From a candidate division FCPU426 bacterium (GTDB lineage Bacteria > Oederibacteriota > Muellerivitia > Muellerivitales > DAHXKG01), in NCBI GenBank assembly GCA_027366525.1, contig DAHXKG010000003.1, forward strand, positions 164,997 through 228,996: a DNA stretch of 64,000 nt. Direction: 5' to 3'. The stretch's first letter is position 1. Each line of letters begins with the position of its first letter. The notes beneath the pieces were generated by a model. That model worked only from the letters and a program-made list of their open reading frames with translations, was not told the origin of the DNA and did no database searches. This document shows positions 38,101-46,900 of the stretch, in pieces. Both the position numbers and the translations under genes were made by a program.

Positions 38101-38498
38101 TCAATATCTTCTACTTGAGGAGCAGAAACTGCGGCCAATAAGCGTCCCACGGAATCAAACACCCGATAAGCCTCATCCGTGGAAAAGGGTTGTTGATGAG
38201 CCCAGTTATTCTGGTGGTCTATTAGCTCACTGACTAAAGACCTCTCAGCCCTTCCCAAGGTTTTTGCAAAAACTTCGGTCCATTGATTCCACATCACAAC
38301 TAGAAGGTTAGTGACATCCCAATTGGGCTTATTCTCTGTGCCAAACAGGTTGGTTTGAGTAGAACCAACCGATTTCTTGGCGATCTCAAACCATTGTTGG
38401 GCGTGCTGGGTACGCATCTCCCGTTCGACAAACGGTTGAAGACCTTCGCGGAGAAGTTCCAATGCTTTACCGACTCGTTCGTGGTTTGTTGATGCCAT
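35169..38498 (-). CDS. Swt1-like HEPN + DUF499 P-loop ATPase (anti-phage associated)
   Basis: 1109 aa. N-terminal HEPN-like helix pair ending NNWAHQQPFS, Walker A FGGGKTHS and Walker B LILVDEW. Sits 3 nt after the DUF1156 gene. Confidence 0.85.
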   Translation of the reverse strand: MASTNHERVGKALELLREGLQPFVEREMRTQHAQQWFEIAKKSVGSTQTNLFGTENKPNWDVTNLLVVMWNQWTEVFAKTLGRAERSLVSELIDHQNNWAHQQPFSTDEAYRVFDSVGRLLAAVSAPQVEDIEKMKMELLRVRFDEQVRQEKRKTVGTVIESTATHQLPPWREVVTPHKDVANGHYQQAEFAADLWQVHLGEGSEEYKNPIEFYRRTYLTESLKHLLRGALQRLTGKGGDPVIQLQTNFGGGKTHSMLALYHLFSGIKPTELPGMDEILKQAGADKPVSAKRVVLVGNRISPGNPSVKSDGTVVRTLWGELAWQLGGKKAFARIQADDEKATSPGDALRELFNEYGPCLILVDEWVAYARQLHDQADLPGGSFETHFTFAQTLTESAKLAKQCLLVISLPASDTTGSPHAVADDVEVGGERGRVALARLRNAVGRVEASWRPAGAEEGFEIVRRRLFEPILDKNQFIARDTVAQGFYDFYRTQHQEFPLECRNADYEKRLRAAYPIHPEVFDRLYIDWSTLVKFQRTRGVLRLMAAVIHSLWKNNDKNPLILPSNIPIDDPQVQFELTRYLSDNWVPVLDKDVDGPDALPRRIDGEVPNLGKYAACRRVARTIYLGSAPTAAAANRGLEDRQVKLGCVMPGETPAVFGDALRRLSSAATYLYQDGTRYWYSTQPTVTKIAEDRAEQKRRDLDALAHELEKRLQTDLKTKGDFPRVHSAPQSGQDVPDDMDARLVVLGSDYPYSKDPNNKAEAQAKAILENRGNTPRLFRNTLVFLAVDQARLQDLVEAISRYLAWESILDDSEALNLDPHQVKQAENQRNSTDSVVKSRLPEAYQWLLVPVQIDAEKPITWNAIRLTGTDPLAARASKKLKNEELLVTALAGTRLRLDLDNVPLWRGDSVSIRQLIEDFARYLYLPRLTNNAVLREAITSGLTLLTWAQESFAYAESKDEATGQFKGLRCGERIGIPEDNTGLLVKSEVANQQLATRQAVASQAGSSTASPSLTTDSSEKPEGKSRTNVLASPKRFHGTVKLDPTRVGRDASRVADEVIAHLAGLMGSKLKVTLEIEAEIPNGTPDNVIRIVTENSRTLKFKDQGFEKE

Positions 38499-38501
38499 TG
38501 T

Positions 38502-41396
38502 TTAGGATTCCTTACTTTCAAATAGACCGGTTTGTTCATGTGGCACTTTACCGACTTCACGGGCCAAACGGGTAATTTCTGGCCAGCTTTGGACCAAAGC
38601 ATTATAGCTTAAAGCTTCTTGAGATCGTTTCTTGCGCTCACAGATGGAGTAAAGTCTATAAGCCAATTCACGAGCTGTTTCGGCTTTACTCCCGAGTTTG
38701 CTAACCAGCACTGCCGCCGCCGATTCCCCTTTTGCCAAAACACGTACCAAGTGATGCACTGTTTCCCATGCCGTCAAACGGTCATCCTTAGCGAGATCCC
38801 AGTTATCCGACAGTTCTTCAGGCTTTAGCAAACGCACCTTCCCACGTTTGGATTCCAGGATTCCGGTCTCTTCTAAGCCATGAACACTTGTGTTTTTGGC
38901 TTTGCTAAGAGTTTCCGCTACCCCATATTCTCCGGCAGCAAAACCTTGTTGTTCAAACCAAGCCAAAGCCCAACGGCTATAGGCATCAAAATCGCCTCCC
39001 TGTTCGGCCAACGTCTCATCCATCACTTGGTTAATCAAAGCCAAGGCTTCTCGAACGGGTACCGCTTTACCTTCCGTATCAATCACTTTTGAAAAACGTG
39101 TAAATATCGCCATTCCAGGGCCTATGGAAGCCTGAGCCAAATCCACTGGAGCAATATTGCTCTGTTGTAGTTTTTGAAGGGCTGACGGCAATTCGGACTT
39201 CAATTCTGCCAAAAAATCACGACGTGTTACGGTAGGTGCATCATGATTATTTTTTCTGCAGACCAAAACAACACTCGTTGCTAAAGCCGCAATATTCTTT
39301 TTTAGATTTCCAGTATATTCAGTTTTTATAGGCCATGTTCCGCTAACAGAAAATCCAGCTGAAATTACCGCATCAAGAAAAGTCTCCCAACCAGTGCTTG
39401 CAGTCCCACCTTCACTTTTATTTTCGGATTGTTTAAAAGCATAGTAAATGGTTACAGGAAATAATAAATGACTCCTTTCCGAAAGACACCGCATTGCATT
39501 CGTCATCCCATTTAAGAAAAATTTTTCAGCCGCATCTTTATTACCATGTCTATATGGTGTCGCAACTAATTCTTCAGCCTTCGGAACAGCAAGAGTTCCA
39601 AAAAGTTCAGGGAAAATGTTTTTCAAAGATCTACGCAACCAAACATAAAAAAAGTCCGAAAGATCTGCATAGCCAATATTGTCATAGTACGGGGGATCAG
39701 TAGATATCAGTTTATTTAAGCTGATTGTCTGTGTTGCTGCGTCAATTTGGTTTGCAAAACTTTTGGGTTTAGCTGGAGCCGTTAAAATTTGTTTGGCAGC
39801 TTGGTCAATGCCTGCTAAATAATTTCCAGAAGATTCGCTAAAAGGATTTGCTTCTGCAAAATCCCAAACCATCGGGAGGGCTTGCCGACCAAAAGTGCTT
39901 GTAATAGTATCTCGACCACCGTGCCAAGAACATATGGAAGACCAGTAATTAGCCCCTTTATCAATTGCAAAACTCAAATAAACTCCTACCGCATCCGCAT
40001 AAGCCGTTGCACCAAGACCACCGTCGGCCAGTGGTTTGGAATCATCGGGCATGCCTGCAGAAATAGCGTCTTTCTTAACTTCTTCACGGGCTTCTTGGAT
40101 TAAATCAGAAAAAGTCGTTAAGGCCACAAGTTGGCGAGAAGTAAATATTTCATGCCAGAATTTAATTCCATAACCACGACCACTCACTAGATTTGGTGTA
40201 TTCTGATTCATTTCTTCTTCTGGTTTCCATTTCGGTTTAGCTTGCCATACTATTGTTTCGTGTCTGGAAGTTGGGCAAAGATATATTCTCCCATTTTTTC
40301 CCTCTGCAACTATTGCCATGAGTTTGGAGCCAATTCGACCTTTCTTCCCTTCTTCTTTTATATAAGAACTTTCTATAGGAACTCCTGACATTAAGCATTT
40401 GAAGTTAGCACCCTGGGCAAGTTTTGTACCGTTTCGGATTTCAGCAATATTTTTAGGTTTACCAACCTTCACATTGAAGTGATACACGCCGTTTTGAATT
40501 GCCGGTTCCACATAGGCTTCCTTGCCAGGTTTGGTCGAGAGCATAAAGGTTGAAGCGAGTGGTACTTCCACTTTTGCAAAAGCAGGATTGGGGCTTTTCA
40601 CTGTACGGGCCCAAAGCCAAGCAATGACCGTTAGCTTTTGACCTAAATAGGGTTTGAGATCAGGCCGTTCTTTCACCATTTCTTTTGTGATTTCAATCTT
40701 TGGATAGAGATATCCAATTTTCTTTTCCGCCTCATCTCGCATCCATTGACCGTAATAACGAACATCTTCAGCTAACCCTTGAGTTCCTTTCCATGAGCGT
40801 TCAATTAAATCTTTACCCTTATTAGCCTCGAAGTTAACAGGTGACTTGTCGGCAAACTTGGGTGGTATTTCAATCATGGCCTTGTTAATTAAAACAGCTA
40901 CGGGGTTCAAGTCACTGGCATAAGATTCCAAACCCAATCGTTGAGCCTCTAAGGGTAACGCCCCACCCCCAGCAAAGGGATCATGGAAAGCTGGAAGCTT
41001 GTCTCTGTTGAATAACTCTTTTGCTTGCGGATGGTCTGCGTTGTCCGCACAAGTACGCCGCCAGCTATTCCAAATTTCAGTCCTGGCCCTATTTAGAACT
41101 TCTTCGTTGGTTGTGTTTTCCCATTGCACGAGTTCTTCGATGATCTTGAAAAGTCTCTTCCGTTCTTTTTCTTGCGCTTTTTCAGTTGGAAAAAGGTCAG
41201 GCCACTCCGAAGGATCATCTACCATCTGAGCAAAAATAACCGCCCGTGCCGCCGCCAAAGGCCGTCTCGCCCACCACAAATGAAGCGTGCTCGGATGGCC
41301 ATGCCGAATGGATTTTTCTCTTGCGGAAGCCTTATTGATAGTTTCCAAGGGAAGCGCCACTTCAATAAGTTTTTTTCTATTTTTACTTGGATTCAT
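38502..41396 (-). CDS. DUF1156 domain DNA methyltransferase (N6-adenine/N4-cytosine type)
   Basis: N-terminal IEVALPLETIN...REKSIRHGHPSTLHLWWARRP (DUF1156), motif I DPFAGGGA and motif IV TDPPYYDNIGYADLSDFFYVWLR. Confidence 0.9.
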   Translation of the reverse strand: MNPSKNRKKLIEVALPLETINKASAREKSIRHGHPSTLHLWWARRPLAAARAVIFAQMVDDPSEWPDLFPTEKAQEKERKRLFKIIEELVQWENTTNEEVLNRARTEIWNSWRRTCADNADHPQAKELFNRDKLPAFHDPFAGGGALPLEAQRLGLESYASDLNPVAVLINKAMIEIPPKFADKSPVNFEANKGKDLIERSWKGTQGLAEDVRYYGQWMRDEAEKKIGYLYPKIEITKEMVKERPDLKPYLGQKLTVIAWLWARTVKSPNPAFAKVEVPLASTFMLSTKPGKEAYVEPAIQNGVYHFNVKVGKPKNIAEIRNGTKLAQGANFKCLMSGVPIESSYIKEEGKKGRIGSKLMAIVAEGKNGRIYLCPTSRHETIVWQAKPKWKPEEEMNQNTPNLVSGRGYGIKFWHEIFTSRQLVALTTFSDLIQEAREEVKKDAISAGMPDDSKPLADGGLGATAYADAVGVYLSFAIDKGANYWSSICSWHGGRDTITSTFGRQALPMVWDFAEANPFSESSGNYLAGIDQAAKQILTAPAKPKSFANQIDAATQTISLNKLISTDPPYYDNIGYADLSDFFYVWLRRSLKNIFPELFGTLAVPKAEELVATPYRHGNKDAAEKFFLNGMTNAMRCLSERSHLLFPVTIYYAFKQSENKSEGGTASTGWETFLDAVISAGFSVSGTWPIKTEYTGNLKKNIAALATSVVLVCRKNNHDAPTVTRRDFLAELKSELPSALQKLQQSNIAPVDLAQASIGPGMAIFTRFSKVIDTEGKAVPVREALALINQVMDETLAEQGGDFDAYSRWALAWFEQQGFAAGEYGVAETLSKAKNTSVHGLEETGILESKRGKVRLLKPEELSDNWDLAKDDRLTAWETVHHLVRVLAKGESAAAVLVSKLGSKAETARELAYRLYSICERKKRSQEALSYNALVQSWPEITRLAREVGKVPHEQTGLFESKES

Positions 41397-41800
41397 AAAA
41401 CTTCCGTTCGAAATGGAAATTTTCCAGGATGCGATTCGGAAACCTGTACTTTTCTCAAAATGGTTCCATCCTTGAAAAAACTGCCGATAAAATCAGAAAT
41501 GTTCTCTGATTTCGGTGATTCCTTAGGCTCAAGACTCATAAGTTCGCTACCGTTTCCTTCTCTCATCACCTTCAAAAAGCTCTTCAAAACATCAATTTCT
41601 ATTCCCATTATTTGAAAAATCATTCCACGACGGAAAAGCCTAAAAAATCCATACCGCAAGTCTTCCATCCAATCTTCCTCATCGAAAATTAAGTTTTTTG
41701 AAATTTTAGGCCGAATTGTATTGATTCGTACAGCATATTTTTTGGAATCAATTTCAACCACCGGGAACCGAGTTTCTTCCCTCAAATTGTTAAAACCCAT
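41393..41800 (-). CDS. hypothetical protein, embedded in the Hma-like operon
   Basis: 135 aa, AT-rich. 4-nt overlap with the methylase start and 19-nt overlap with the upstream gene. No family recognised. Confidence 0.5.
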   Translation of the reverse strand: MGFNNLREETRFPVVEIDSKKYAVRINTIRPKISKNLIFDEEDWMEDLRYGFFRLFRRGMIFQIMGIEIDVLKSFLKVMREGNGSELMSLEPKESPKSENISDFIGSFFKDGTILRKVQVSESHPGKFPFRTEVL

Positions 41801-42486
41801 TCCGAAAAGCCAATTGGTATGATTAGCCTGTCGAATTGAATGCGTTCGATATTCAATTGTTCAAGCCCATTCTTCAAATTGCGCTTAATTCGAGGGTTTG
41901 TATTAGATGTAACAAAACCACCTTTTGACTCCACAAGTGCCCTTTCAACCGGGTTATTAGAAGTAGAGTGCTTTTCAAAAATAAAATCCGATGTCCTTTT
42001 CCTTTTCAAAGCACGCTTAGCAATAGCAAGTCCATCTTTTTCAGCTGAATTCAAGAAGTCCGAAAACCTGTTTACATAGGCATATCCTTGATCATCTAAA
42101 AATAGCAGGGTCATACTTTGAGCCAGCCTGCCGGACAAACTGGTCCTCGAAAAATCAGTGTAAGTGTTTGACATTCCAGTTGTTAATCTCAAATTATCAG
42201 CATTCCAATCTAAAAGACCTATGTTTCTGATGAAGAATCCGAATGTCGAAAGAGTCCCTAAAAACGGAGAAAAGCGGCTGGCGAAATCAGCCTTCTTCGT
42301 CGTATGAGCCAAACGCCAAAAATCCAACTGAAGTTCTTTGGTTTCGGGGCTTATCGTCAAAGGTCTTCTTATCTTTCTCCACTTTGATTGGACGGTTTTC
42401 TTATCCAATTCAAAAACGGGCAAACGACTTCGGCCACTCAAAGCGCTTAAAGAATTAAATAAATTAGCAACATCAAAAGGAAACAT
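41782..42486 (-). CDS. hypothetical protein with a possible PD-(D/E)xK nuclease motif
   Basis: 234 aa, AT-rich. TSDFIFEK ... ALVESKGG gives a D...ExK arrangement. Confidence 0.4.
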   Translation of the reverse strand: MFPFDVANLFNSLSALSGRSRLPVFELDKKTVQSKWRKIRRPLTISPETKELQLDFWRLAHTTKKADFASRFSPFLGTLSTFGFFIRNIGLLDWNADNLRLTTGMSNTYTDFSRTSLSGRLAQSMTLLFLDDQGYAYVNRFSDFLNSAEKDGLAIAKRALKRKRTSDFIFEKHSTSNNPVERALVESKGGFVTSNTNPRIKRNLKNGLEQLNIERIQFDRLIIPIGFSEWVLTI

Positions 42487-42536
42487 TAATGACCTTTCTA
42501 TAATCAGTTTTTTTGCTTAAATAGGATTCTCGCCTA

Positions 42537-42743
42537 TTACTTGAGCACCTTCCAATACCCGCCCTTGTCCGGTCCGACACGACGTAAAAAATATTTTTTT
42601 CTCAGCTTAGCGATGTTTTGCTCCACCTTTCGATGTGAAATACCCACTTGCTCCGCGACCTCTCTTGCGGGAGCATCTGGTTTTTGCTGAAGGTATGCCA
42701 TAATCCGTTCTTGGTTTTTCGTTAATCGATCTCCGACCTTTTT
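42537..42743 (-). other. winged-helix (wHTH) coding segment lying in frame immediately after the TAG stop of the upstream gene
   Basis: Own codon-by-codon translation after TAG(42744-42746): KKVGDRLTKNQERIMAYLQQKPDAPAREVAEQVGISHRKVEQNIAKLRKKYFLRRVGPDKGGYWKVLK then a stop. It parallels the C-terminus of the fragment copy at 28260-28419. Confidence 0.7.
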
Positions 42744-43991
42744 CTACGACCCTTTCTCCGACCCCACCGAGCTCTGAGTCTCGCTAAACCCCTGAACTAT
42801 TTTAGCCATAAAGGTAACGATAAGAGACCCCTGCCTCTCCTGGAAAATCGGTGGCTTGGCCCCATGTTTTTGGCACATAGCGATGACCCGATTGGTTCCA
42901 CGTCCCCAAACTTCGACAGCCCCCGTACGATGGAATGCCTCGGCGATCAATGGATTGGGCGGTTTGGAATCGTGTTTGCCTGAAAGCTGTTCCAAAGTGA
43001 TGCCGGTTGGCAAACGCCCATCGCTGTGAATTTCAATCCGATCATCGAATACCGCAATAGAAACGTAACCGGAATAATAAGAATAATCCCGATGCATGAC
43101 CGCATTGAGGAGAATTTCCCGTAACGCATCCAAGGGCACCGGAAATCGGTCTTCCCGGAATATTTCTCCTTCCGGAAACCTTGCACCCAAAGGCATGGTT
43201 CGTTTCAGGAACTCCATCCCTTCCCGGACCATAGAAAAGGCGTTCATGTGCTCTTGTCGGTTATCCACGATTTCGTCGGTAACTTCGATTCCCCGAAAGC
43301 GTCCCATCTTGAGGAGACATTGGGGATAGTCTGGAAGGAGTTTCTTGCCGTAAAGAACTTGGGCGGCCTGGGTCAGGATGCCATCTTTTCGCAATCCCAG
43401 ACGATCCAGGATTTCTCCAATATCCCGGCTGGTCTCGGGTGAAATACGGTTCTGCTGGATGGCCAAATCCCGCGTTCGCAGTATTTCCCGGCGATCTAAG
43501 TCCTTCAGGGCTAATCCTTCAGCGGGAAAGTTTTCCCAACGGCGCTTGGAATGGCCGCGTTCAACCAAAAGTTTTTCGTATTTGACTTGGGGCATCCGCT
43601 TGGTGGAACTTCCCACCCTCTCGTAGGCACGACCCTCATAGCTGACAGGTTTGAGATCCTGTCCATCCTCGACTTGGGCCACAATAACCTCGTGGCCCGT
43701 CTTGAGTTTGACACGATGGAGGGAAACATGGGCCGGAGGCTCAAAACGATCCGTGGCCTGGGCAATCTCCTGCAAGGTGCGATCCGAGGCCGTTTGACCA
43801 TCGATAGTGCCGTCTTCTCGAACATCGAAAAGAACCACACCACCTGATCCGTTCAGAAAAGCACAAAGCGTTTGCATTCCTTCCTTCAATTCACTGGTCG
43901 AGCGTTTGAACTCAAGTGTCGAGCCTTCACCCATACGAACAAGAGACTGGAGTCGATGGATAGTAAAAGTCTCTCCCGGAATTTTCTTCAT
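42744..43991 (-). CDS. Schlafen/AlbA_2 + HATPase_c_4 protein (COG2865-like), ends at an in-frame amber codon
   Basis: LEFKRS ... AFLNGSGGVVLFDV (AlbA_2), LREILLNAVMHRDYS and NPLIAEAFHRTGAVEVWGRGTNRV (HATPase_c_4). 4-nt overlap with the helicase stop. Confidence 0.8.
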   Translation of the reverse strand: MKKIPGETFTIHRLQSLVRMGEGSTLEFKRSTSELKEGMQTLCAFLNGSGGVVLFDVREDGTIDGQTASDRTLQEIAQATDRFEPPAHVSLHRVKLKTGHEVIVAQVEDGQDLKPVSYEGRAYERVGSSTKRMPQVKYEKLLVERGHSKRRWENFPAEGLALKDLDRREILRTRDLAIQQNRISPETSRDIGEILDRLGLRKDGILTQAAQVLYGKKLLPDYPQCLLKMGRFRGIEVTDEIVDNRQEHMNAFSMVREGMEFLKRTMPLGARFPEGEIFREDRFPVPLDALREILLNAVMHRDYSYYSGYVSIAVFDDRIEIHSDGRLPTGITLEQLSGKHDSKPPNPLIAEAFHRTGAVEVWGRGTNRVIAMCQKHGAKPPIFQERQGSLIVTFMAKIVQGFSETQSSVGSEKGS

Positions 43992-46900
43992 GAGGGTTCC
44001 TCCGCCTTCTCCAAAAGCTCAGAAAAGTTATAATTGACGCTGGTCACTCCAAAATCAGGCTCACGTTTGAATGGGTTGCGGATGTAATGCACTTTGTGGT
44101 TATCATCCATGAATTCCACGATGGCGAGGATAAAATCTTCCGGTTTATTCATTGAATAGAGAATTTCATTTCGGGTAACCGTTACTGTATCCGCTCCAGT
44201 GATTCGCCCCTTCACCTCAATAAATCGCAACTTTCCGGTTCCTGGTATTCGGCTCTCAATATCATATCCCAATTTTTCAGTTTCCCTATCTTTGGGATCA
44301 AACCCGAGCTTCCGCTCAATTTCCATAATGATTTCACGGGCTTTAGCGGCTGAGGCTTGGGTATCGGTAGTTGTGGTGGTGGCCTGAGTATTGGACATCT
44401 TGGCAATGAGGCCGGCAGGAATCACCAGAAGTCCACCTAATACAACGGGTGGCAAAGGTGATAACTGGGTTTCCAGCTTAAGATCTTCCAACCTTTTTTG
44501 AAGACGGGCTTGCAAGTTGTCAGCACGCTTGCGTGCTTCATTGGAATTTAATCTTGCATTTGCCTTTCCGGCTTGCTCCTGAAGCTTTAAATCTTCCGCC
44601 CGATGATCCCAGTAATTAATTTCTTTAGTCAATCGTTCTTTTACGGCTGCTTCCGTTTTCTGGATTAAAGCAATCTTCTGTGATCGTATTTCTTCAAAAT
44701 GGTCTGGGACAATCTTGCTAATAGCATAGGTTTGGGCTTTTGGTTCAAGTTCTTTAGTAATCCATGTACATTCGGGCCGATTTAGAAAAACTTCTATTTT
44801 GGGTTCTTCTGATTTTAATGGGCGATAATCAAGATAGGGGGCATAATTCAGATGACGGGCATTACCGGCAGCATCAATTTCCACATAAAGCATTTTTTTT
44901 GAAACTACCCTTCGGTCTCCGGATCGAGTGATGCTTGCATCTTGAATGGCATGTTCCAAATAGAAAAGAATCCTGGGCTGGTCATTTGAATCCAAGTCAT
45001 CAACTAAAACTGCGCCCCGTTTTAAAAGATCACGATGTCTTTCAATAATCAGATCAAGGGTTGAATCCAATAATGGATGCCCTGGGCATATAAAAGCTGC
45101 TGGGATTTGACCCTGAGGAGCAATTAGACACTTTTCAAATGTAATTCGTTCATAACGCGGAACTACTGCTTCACCAATACCTAAAAGCCTATCCCGATTG
45201 CGAACAGGAGCCGGAACAAAGGATAATTCATAGCGACGTGGTTCTTTCTGCTTGGAATTGCCTCCTAATTGCTGAAAGGCTTCCAAAAAGAACGATTCAA
45301 TGTAATGGGGTTGGAGACGGCGAGCTTCTGCTCGTTCCATTTGTTCACGGATTTTATAAACCCGGCTTACATCCATCACGTCCTGGGCCAAAGCTTGTTC
45401 TTCGATTAGGGTTTGAAGCTCTTCTTTGTTGAAAGCATTGGCTACCACCTTATTTAAATAAGCTTTTACTTCGGGATTTTCACCATAACGAATGGCTTCA
45501 ATTAACAATTCCCGCAGGGGCTTACCATCAAATACTAATTTCCCCAGCACATCAAAGACCTGACCACCTAAGGCATTTCGCGCTTCTTCTAACTTGCTCA
45601 ATAGAGTCAGATAAACTTCACCTTCCCTAGTGCCATCTGCCACCAAGTTCCATAAGTGACAGACTTCGGTTTGACCGATACGGTGAATACGACCAAAACG
45701 TTGTTCAATACGGTTAGGATTCCAAGGCAGATCGTAATTCACCATCAGGTGGGCACGTTGAAGGTTGATACCTTCCCCGGCGGCATCAGTGGCCAGCAAC
45801 ACCTGAACTAGAGGATCATGGCGGAAAGCTTCCTGGGATTTAGTTCTCTCTTCTCGACCCATTCCACCATGAATAAGGACTACCGCTTCTTGGCGTCCTA
45901 AAAGGCTGGTTGTCTTTTGGTGTAAGTAATTCAAGGTGTCACGGTGTTCGGTGAAAATAATCAATTTTTGATGTGGCGAAGGCTTTGGGGGTGGAATAGA
46001 TCCAGAACCGTACGGATCTGGGGAGTCACTCATTTTAGAAGCAAAGATTTCGTGCAAAAGTTGGGATAGTTCAATCCACTTTTTATCTTCACCACTTCTT
46101 TTGACTGTGAGTGATAAATTTTCCAGACGGGTAAGAGTTTCAATTTCGACCTTGAGTTCAAATATTGAATGGGCAGCTGTCGCTTGATCAACAATCTCGG
46201 ATTCTTTTTCTTCTATTTCATCTGATGGCGCGTCATCAATATCCTCAAGGTCTTCATCATCAAGGACCGGGGTGTCTTTATTGATATCTGTGGGAGGGAC
46301 TGAACCCCGTTGAATAAGTTCCAGTTCCCGCAACTTACTTTCAAGACGTTCTCTCCTTCGTTTTAAAGATTGATAAATAGCTTCGGGTGATGACGCAAGC
46401 CGCCTTTGGAGGATGGTTAGTGCAAAACCTACAGTGCCGGAACGTTTATCATTTTGGAGTTTTTCCACCCGGTTAAATTCTTCTCGGACGTAGTTTGTTA
46501 CTTCAGCATAGAGACGAGCCTCAATATCCGAGAGTTTATAGGAAATGGTACGGGCTATTCTTTGAGGAAACAGGGGTTTGGCGTCAAATTTAAGAAGATT
46601 TTCTTTCACCATCCGGCGCATAAGATCTGATACATCAGATGTGTGCACACCATCCCTGAACTTTCCTTCAAACCGATCACCGTCTAGTAAGGCCATAAAA
46701 AGCTGGAAGTCTTCCTCTTTGCCGTTATGTGGCGTAGCGGTCATAAGAAGAAAGTGTCGGGTAATTCTTGATAGTTCTTGTCCCAGACGATAACGTTTGG
46801 TGTATTTAACTTCACCGCCAAAAAAAGTTGCGGACATCTTGTGAGCCTCGTCACAAATAATTAAATCCCATCTGGCTTCAGGTACTAATAGTTTGGCTTG

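Noticed and set aside
36143-38141. Several plus- and minus-strand ORFs of 60-155 aa inside the DUF499 gene (for example 36783-37250, 37441-37716, 37902-38141)
   Set aside because: They are fully nested in, or antisense to, a long gene with clear motifs. Their composition is low-complexity and Arg/Ser/Pro-rich, typical of off-frame reading of GC-richer DNA.
38619-41615. Plus-strand ORFs antisense to the methyltransferase gene (38619-38828, 39494-39703, 40999-41229, 41124-41615)
   Set aside because: They are antisense to a confidently assigned 964-aa gene. They have no motifs or RBS.
42594-42600. Suspected frameshift at the A7/T7 run inside the wHTH segment after the AlbA_2 gene
   Set aside because: Codon-by-codon re-translation shows the frame is continuous from the TAG at 42744 to the TAA at 42537. 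My first reading miscounted the run as 8 nt. Only the amber codon interrupts the gene.
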